This document shows, piece by piece, positions 51,122 to 54,851 of a stretch of DNA of 54,851 nt. Position 1 is the first letter of the stretch; each line of letters begins with the position of its first letter. The stretch comes from Pseudobdellovibrionaceae bacterium. GTDB lineage: Bacteria > Bdellovibrionota > FAC87 > UBA2466. The translations under genes were made by a program, and so were the position numbers. The notes beneath the pieces are model-generated. The model saw nothing but the letters and a program-made list of their open reading frames with translations. It ran no database searches and was not told the DNA's origin. The stretch covers positions 1,234-56,084 of the forward strand of contig JAHFAF010000008.1 in assembly GCA_023250715.1 (NCBI GenBank), written 5' to 3'.

Positions 51122-52189
51122 TCAAAAGGCCAATCCGGCTGCGGAGCTCACACGACCGCAAAGGCCTTTTTTAAGTGTATCAGAAAGGGAACGGTCCATA
51201 ACTAGCTGAAAATTACTTCTTCTCGCGTAGTAAGAGAGGGCACCATCGAGTCTAGCTACCTCTGCCACCATGAAGTAAAGATTCTTGAACTGGGTATGTT
51301 CGTTATTTATTTTATCCCAGATTCTAAATCCCATTTTTGCGTAAAAATTCCTCAGTTCGTCGGTGTAGGCGTCTATCCAGACATGAGAAACTCGTCGGCC
51401 GTAGCGTTCCGTAGCTTCTCTCGAAATGCGCGCACCGTCCGGCCAATGGGTCTTTTCCTCGGGAAAGAGCTGGGAGCCCCAGTGAATGATCTTATGCGCC
51501 CTTCCGATTCGATAGAGGGCTGGAAAAAATTTCCTGAAGAGATCCGGCGTAATTCCGAAGTTCTTAAGCTCGATATTTTCGCCTTCGAGCCATAGATGCA
51601 TGCGATCTTCGCTTGGGGCATTCAGCGAGTGAAGGCCTTGAAGATAACTCTCCTGCTGAAAATTAGGAACCCGTCTCCATTTGAATTCTGGTTCGGGTTT
51701 GGGAAAAGGGGATATCAATCCTTTGTGAATAAAGTCTCTTTCCGAAGTGAGTAAACCGTCTTCACCCTCGGTGTCCGCTCTTAAGAAAGTAATCACACGT
51801 TCGAGACGTTGGTATTCCGTGATGATTACGGCGGAAGTCTTCCCGAGTTTCATTTCCTCGAATTGCTTTAGGCCGGCCGCGATGGCACCCGCGTCTTTCC
51901 CGTAGATCTCCGGGTGCAATCTCAGTTGGTCGAGATACCATTGGTAGGGCACCTGTAAATAGGGTGAAACGAAGGTCTCGGGATCGGCATGAAAATTCTG
52001 GGCGAGCATTGCCGAGAGCCCGTCTTGTTCTCCAAAGAAATGATCGAAGTGATCGGCCAACACCACGAGCGCGGTGTATTTCTCCGTGCCGATGTAAACA
52101 GTGTAGGGAATCACGTAATAGGCGAACGCCTGCCCGGCCCAAAGCCAGAGCACGCATATATAGAGCAAAAGAAGGGGGGGGCGTTTCAT
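51122..52189 (-). CDS. secreted hypothetical protein with a GNAT-like C-terminal segment (355 aa)
   Basis: Signal peptide MKRPPLLLLYICVLWLWAGQAFA. C-terminal VWIDAYTDELRNFYAKMGF resembles the end of the GNAT acetyltransferase fold (weak). A C8 tract lies at codons 3-6. Confidence 0.7.
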   Translation of the reverse strand: MKRPPLLLLYICVLWLWAGQAFAYYVIPYTVYIGTEKYTALVVLADHFDHFFGEQDGLSAMLAQNFHADPETFVSPYLQVPYQWYLDQLRLHPEIYGKDAGAIAAGLKQFEEMKLGKTSAVIITEYQRLERVITFLRADTEGEDGLLTSERDFIHKGLISPFPKPEPEFKWRRVPNFQQESYLQGLHSLNAPSEDRMHLWLEGENIELKNFGITPDLFRKFFPALYRIGRAHKIIHWGSQLFPEEKTHWPDGARISREATERYGRRVSHVWIDAYTDELRNFYAKMGFRIWDKINNEHTQFKNLYFMVAEVARLDGALSYYARRSNFQLVMDRSLSDTLKKGLCGRVSSAAGLAF

Positions 52190-52251
52190 AAAGAGGGATG
52201 TTATAGCCGAAGGGAGGGGAAGGGATCAAGGATTTGGGTCTAAGGTATTGA

Positions 52252-52263
52252 AATATTAATATT
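52252..52263. promoter_or_regulatory. 12-bp perfect palindrome AATATTAATATT in a divergent intergenic region (candidate operator)
   Basis: Lies in the AT-rich core of the 225-bp region between 51122-52189 (the operon ending in the TetR gene) and 52415-53662. Confidence 0.3.
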
Positions 52264-52414
52264 AATTATCATTCCGGGGGCCGTTGTATCGCCAACTTGG
52301 TAAACCTCGGCCCCGGTCCTTCGACAGGCACTTCCTGAGTGCTTTCCGTATTCTAGCTAGCGGAGTTAAGGCGCGTAGTTTGCATTTGTACTCAAGCAGC
52401 CAAACGGGGGGCGG

Positions 52415-53662
52415 ATGAATTCAAGACGTGTTTTTCTAATACTAGCCTTAATTTCCATTCAAGCTAACTCTGAGCAAGTTCAACTTCAAATGCCGAACCA
52501 GGTTCGCAACGGGGCCGCGCGTGAGTGCGAGCTGACTTCGGAAGACAAGCCGAAAAACGTGAAGGTGACTTTGCCCAATTTAAATTCCACTGGCCGGATG
52601 ATCCTGGGGGGAGGCGGCTGGCAAACGGATATTTATACAAAGCCTTTTGTAAGCTGGGTGATAAAAAATATTCCCGAGGGGGATGAAGTCCCGGTGATTC
52701 TCTCGGCTGCGAAAGACGCGTCGGGGGCCGCAGCGGGATATGCCCATTGGCAAAGAGATCTCTTTCAGGGAAAAGTGAGAGTGGCCCCTATCTTTACTAC
52801 GGCTGGAGGCCACCAATCGATTACCCTTCAAGACATGGGGCCAGGGGCCAACATAAAGAAGTTTGAAGAAGAAAAGGAAGATCCGAATGGATCTAAGTCG
52901 AGTCTCACCATCACTAACGTGAAGAGTCCCGATGGAGCAGTAGTTCCACCCCGAATAATTTCTACGGATCCGAATGCCGAGACTAATTTGCAAGCGATTC
53001 GAAACGCAAGAACTGCTATCGTAATCGACGGCGGGATGCTCGGAGCGCTTGATCATATTGGAGGGACCAAGCTAGGAACCGAGCTTCAGAAGGCTTACGA
53101 TAGAGGCGTTACAATCTACGCTTCTTCCGAAGGGACGAACGCCATTGGGCGAGTAAACTTATCTTTAATGTGGCCTAAGCTCGGCCAGAGAACCCCCCTC
53201 GCCAAAGCCGGGCTCGGTGTGACAAACGATTTCGGAGTATCGAGCCATATCCGAGATCCCCGTCTAATTTCGGTTTTGGGATTTGGTAAAAGCACGGACA
53301 TGTCTTTCGCCGACAGAAATAAAACTATTTTTGAGGCGACTAATCCTTATGCGTTCATGAGTCCGATGCGGGAATTACAAGAGAAGGGAATCGACTTCCC
53401 GATGTTCGGGGTGCCTGAGCGATCGGTAATGGCCTATCGCCAAGGAATCGCCGAGTTCCGTGGGGAGTCTCCTGAGAGCCGTTTCTATGTTTTCGATCCA
53501 AGATACCCTGTGAATGCTATGTGCGATTATTACTACGTGAAGGATAACTCCTTATTTGATCTCAATACGGGAAAGGTAATTCCCCGCGCAATTCAAGTGA
53601 GCTCTAATTCGCATTCTCCATTAGACGATATCGCGAGCTACTTCGGGGGCACTGGCCATTAA
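52415..53662 (+). CDS. secreted cyanophycinase-like (peptidase S51 / class I amidotransferase-like) protein, tentative
   Basis: Signal peptide MNSRRVFLILALISIQANS. RMILGGGGW...VPVILSAAKD and TAIVIDGGMLGAL...GVTIYASSEGTNAIG parallel the S51 GG and nucleophile-elbow regions, here A-S-S-E-G. Confidence 0.55.
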   Translation: MNSRRVFLILALISIQANSEQVQLQMPNQVRNGAARECELTSEDKPKNVKVTLPNLNSTGRMILGGGGWQTDIYTKPFVSWVIKNIPEGDEVPVILSAAKDASGAAAGYAHWQRDLFQGKVRVAPIFTTAGGHQSITLQDMGPGANIKKFEEEKEDPNGSKSSLTITNVKSPDGAVVPPRIISTDPNAETNLQAIRNARTAIVIDGGMLGALDHIGGTKLGTELQKAYDRGVTIYASSEGTNAIGRVNLSLMWPKLGQRTPLAKAGLGVTNDFGVSSHIRDPRLISVLGFGKSTDMSFADRNKTIFEATNPYAFMSPMRELQEKGIDFPMFGVPERSVMAYRQGIAEFRGESPESRFYVFDPRYPVNAMCDYYYVKDNSLFDLNTGKVIPRAIQVSSNSHSPLDDIASYFGGTGH

Positions 53663-54851
53663 TTCACGACTAGAGCTGGAGTCTGGTACTCCCTAGAGGG
53701 AGGTACCAAAGGCATTTGCGGATGCAAGGCCTCGCGCCGTGCATTCTGCAGTTCCTTCTCTGTGGACTCGATGACGTGTTCCTTGAAGTCGTAGAAGTGG
53801 AGATAAAGTGCCATCACTGCGACCGAGAAACGAATGGCGCGTGGATTGTGGATCAAACAATCCCAAAGCGAGTACCAGAATTCTCCACGGTACGGCGCCT
53901 TGATGCCCATCAGAACGATCATTCTGAAAAAACCACGAAGCTGAACCAATTCCTTGAGTAGCGGAAGTCTGAACCTCTTCTTCGAGCAGTCCATCATGCG
54001 CGCCATATTTCTCACCCGATCGAAATATTGCTCAGGGGAATAGGATTCGCGCACGATCTGTTGGAAGTCGCCCAAAATTTGTTCTCTCGGGCGAAGGGTA
54101 TCGAAATTCAAGCCCGCCACCGTCTGACAGGCGACGTTCTCAGGAGCTACGTCGAAGTTTTGGTGAAGCCGCCCCTCTTTTTCGAGGCGACGCGTAAGTT
54201 GGGTTGTCGGCAAGGCGAAGAGAAGACCGACCATATTCACAGGGATGGCAGTCTCTCGGATGTTCTTTAGAGTCCCCCGAGCTACGCTCCCTTGTTCGGC
54301 GTCAAACCCCACGATGTAACCCGCGTTCACGATGATCCCATGCTCCATGATCTTATGCACACTCTCGGGGATGGGGCGCGTGGTGTTTTGCTGCTTCTGC
54401 ATCGCCTTCAGCGTTTTTTCGTCCGGACTTTCAATTCCGACGAATATCCAGGAGAAGCCTACGTCCTGCATGAGCCTCAATAGCTCTGAATCGTTGGCAA
54501 GATTGAGAGACGCTTCCGTGCTGAATTCGAAAGGCCACTTGTGCTCGACGAGCCAATCTTTGAGCTTCGGGAGCAAGACTTTTGCAGCGGATTTATTTCC
54601 AATGAAGTTATCATCAACAAAATCCACATGACCGCGATAGCCCAAATCATACAAGCATTGGAGCTCGGCCATGACTTGGTCCGGGGGCTTGACTCGGGGA
54701 ACGCGGCCGAAGAGTTCGATGATATCGCAAAACTCGCATTTGAAAGGGCAGCCACGCGCTACTTGAATGCCCACATGGAGATAATTATCAAACTTCATCA
54801 AATCAAAGCGCGGAATGGGTGTTTCGGTCACATTCGCTTTACGCTCTCCCG
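53659..54851 (-). CDS. B12-binding-type radical SAM protein with DUF4070-like C-terminus; N-terminus off the window end
   Basis: VARGCPFKCEFCD is the CxxxCxxC motif. The frame stays open upstream of the track start (…GERKAN-VTETP…) to nt 54851, so the N-terminal B12-binding domain is probably outside the window. Confidence 0.9.
   Translation of the reverse strand, partial: GERKANVTETPIPRFDLMKFDNYLHVGIQVARGCPFKCEFCDIIELFGRVPRVKPPDQVMAELQCLYDLGYRGHVDFVDDNFIGNKSAAKVLLPKLKDWLVEHKWPFEFSTEASLNLANDSELLRLMQDVGFSWIFVGIESPDEKTLKAMQKQQNTTRPIPESVHKIMEHGIIVNAGYIVGFDAEQGSVARGTLKNIRETAIPVNMVGLLFALPTTQLTRRLEKEGRLHQNFDVAPENVACQTVAGLNFDTLRPREQILGDFQQIVRESYSPEQYFDRVRNMARMMDCSKKRFRLPLLKELVQLRGFFRMIVLMGIKAPYRGEFWYSLWDCLIHNPRAIRFSVAVMALYLHFYDFKEHVIESTEKELQNARREALHPQMPLVPPSREYQTPALVVN

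Noticed and set aside
1-54851. Search by eye for tRNA, rRNA, CRISPR arrays, IS elements, integrases, phage blocks and toxin-antitoxin pairs
   Set aside because: None was found. The only repeats are intragenic protein repeats and the paralog array. tRNAscan, Infernal and ISfinder-type searches were not possible here.

Overview
Densely coding 54.85-kb chromosomal segment with about 50 CDS on both strands. By eye I found no rRNA, tRNA, CRISPR array, transposase or integrase. No searches were run: family names come from motifs I read in the translations and recall from memory. A housekeeping-like block at about 35.7-46.2 kb holds infA, an RRM RNA-binding protein, an acyl-CoA desaturase, a TIGR01777-type epimerase-family protein, a CBS-pair protein, a YbaK-like protein, a Rieske oxygenase and CsaA. 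Accessory-looking regions on both sides are dominated by proteins with signal peptides or lipoboxes. These include six beta-propellers: one Kelch-like, four RCC1-like (three as a tandem, translationally coupled triplet), and one 7x 'FDGRY' propeller nested in a LamG domain. They also include three secreted His/Cys-dyad (caspase-fold-like) proteins, an M28 peptidase fusion, a DUF900-type hydrolase and a collagen-like/tailspike-like lipoprotein. Five CxxCH-motif proteins and two small Cys-rich secreted peptides complete the set. This content, with a TIGR02147-like protein and PSCyt-like modules, suggests a Bdellovibrionota/Oligoflexia-like (predatory) or related lineage; that is inference only. 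The most system-like candidates are: (1) a tightly coupled ECF-sigma / Ser-Thr kinase / outer-membrane barrel / LamG-propeller lipoprotein operon (25790-31168); (2) the secreted RCC1 triplet (5069-7787); (3) an EF-hand caspase-like protease plus DUF900 hydrolase pair next to a Cys-rich peptide (19323-22542); (4) CxxCH-protein clusters (1-2889, 14161-17134, 46397-50479). DNA-level oddities include a frameshifted gene at a G5 run, a truncated paralog fragment beside a 12-bp perfect hairpin, and G8/C8 tracts inside coding regions.
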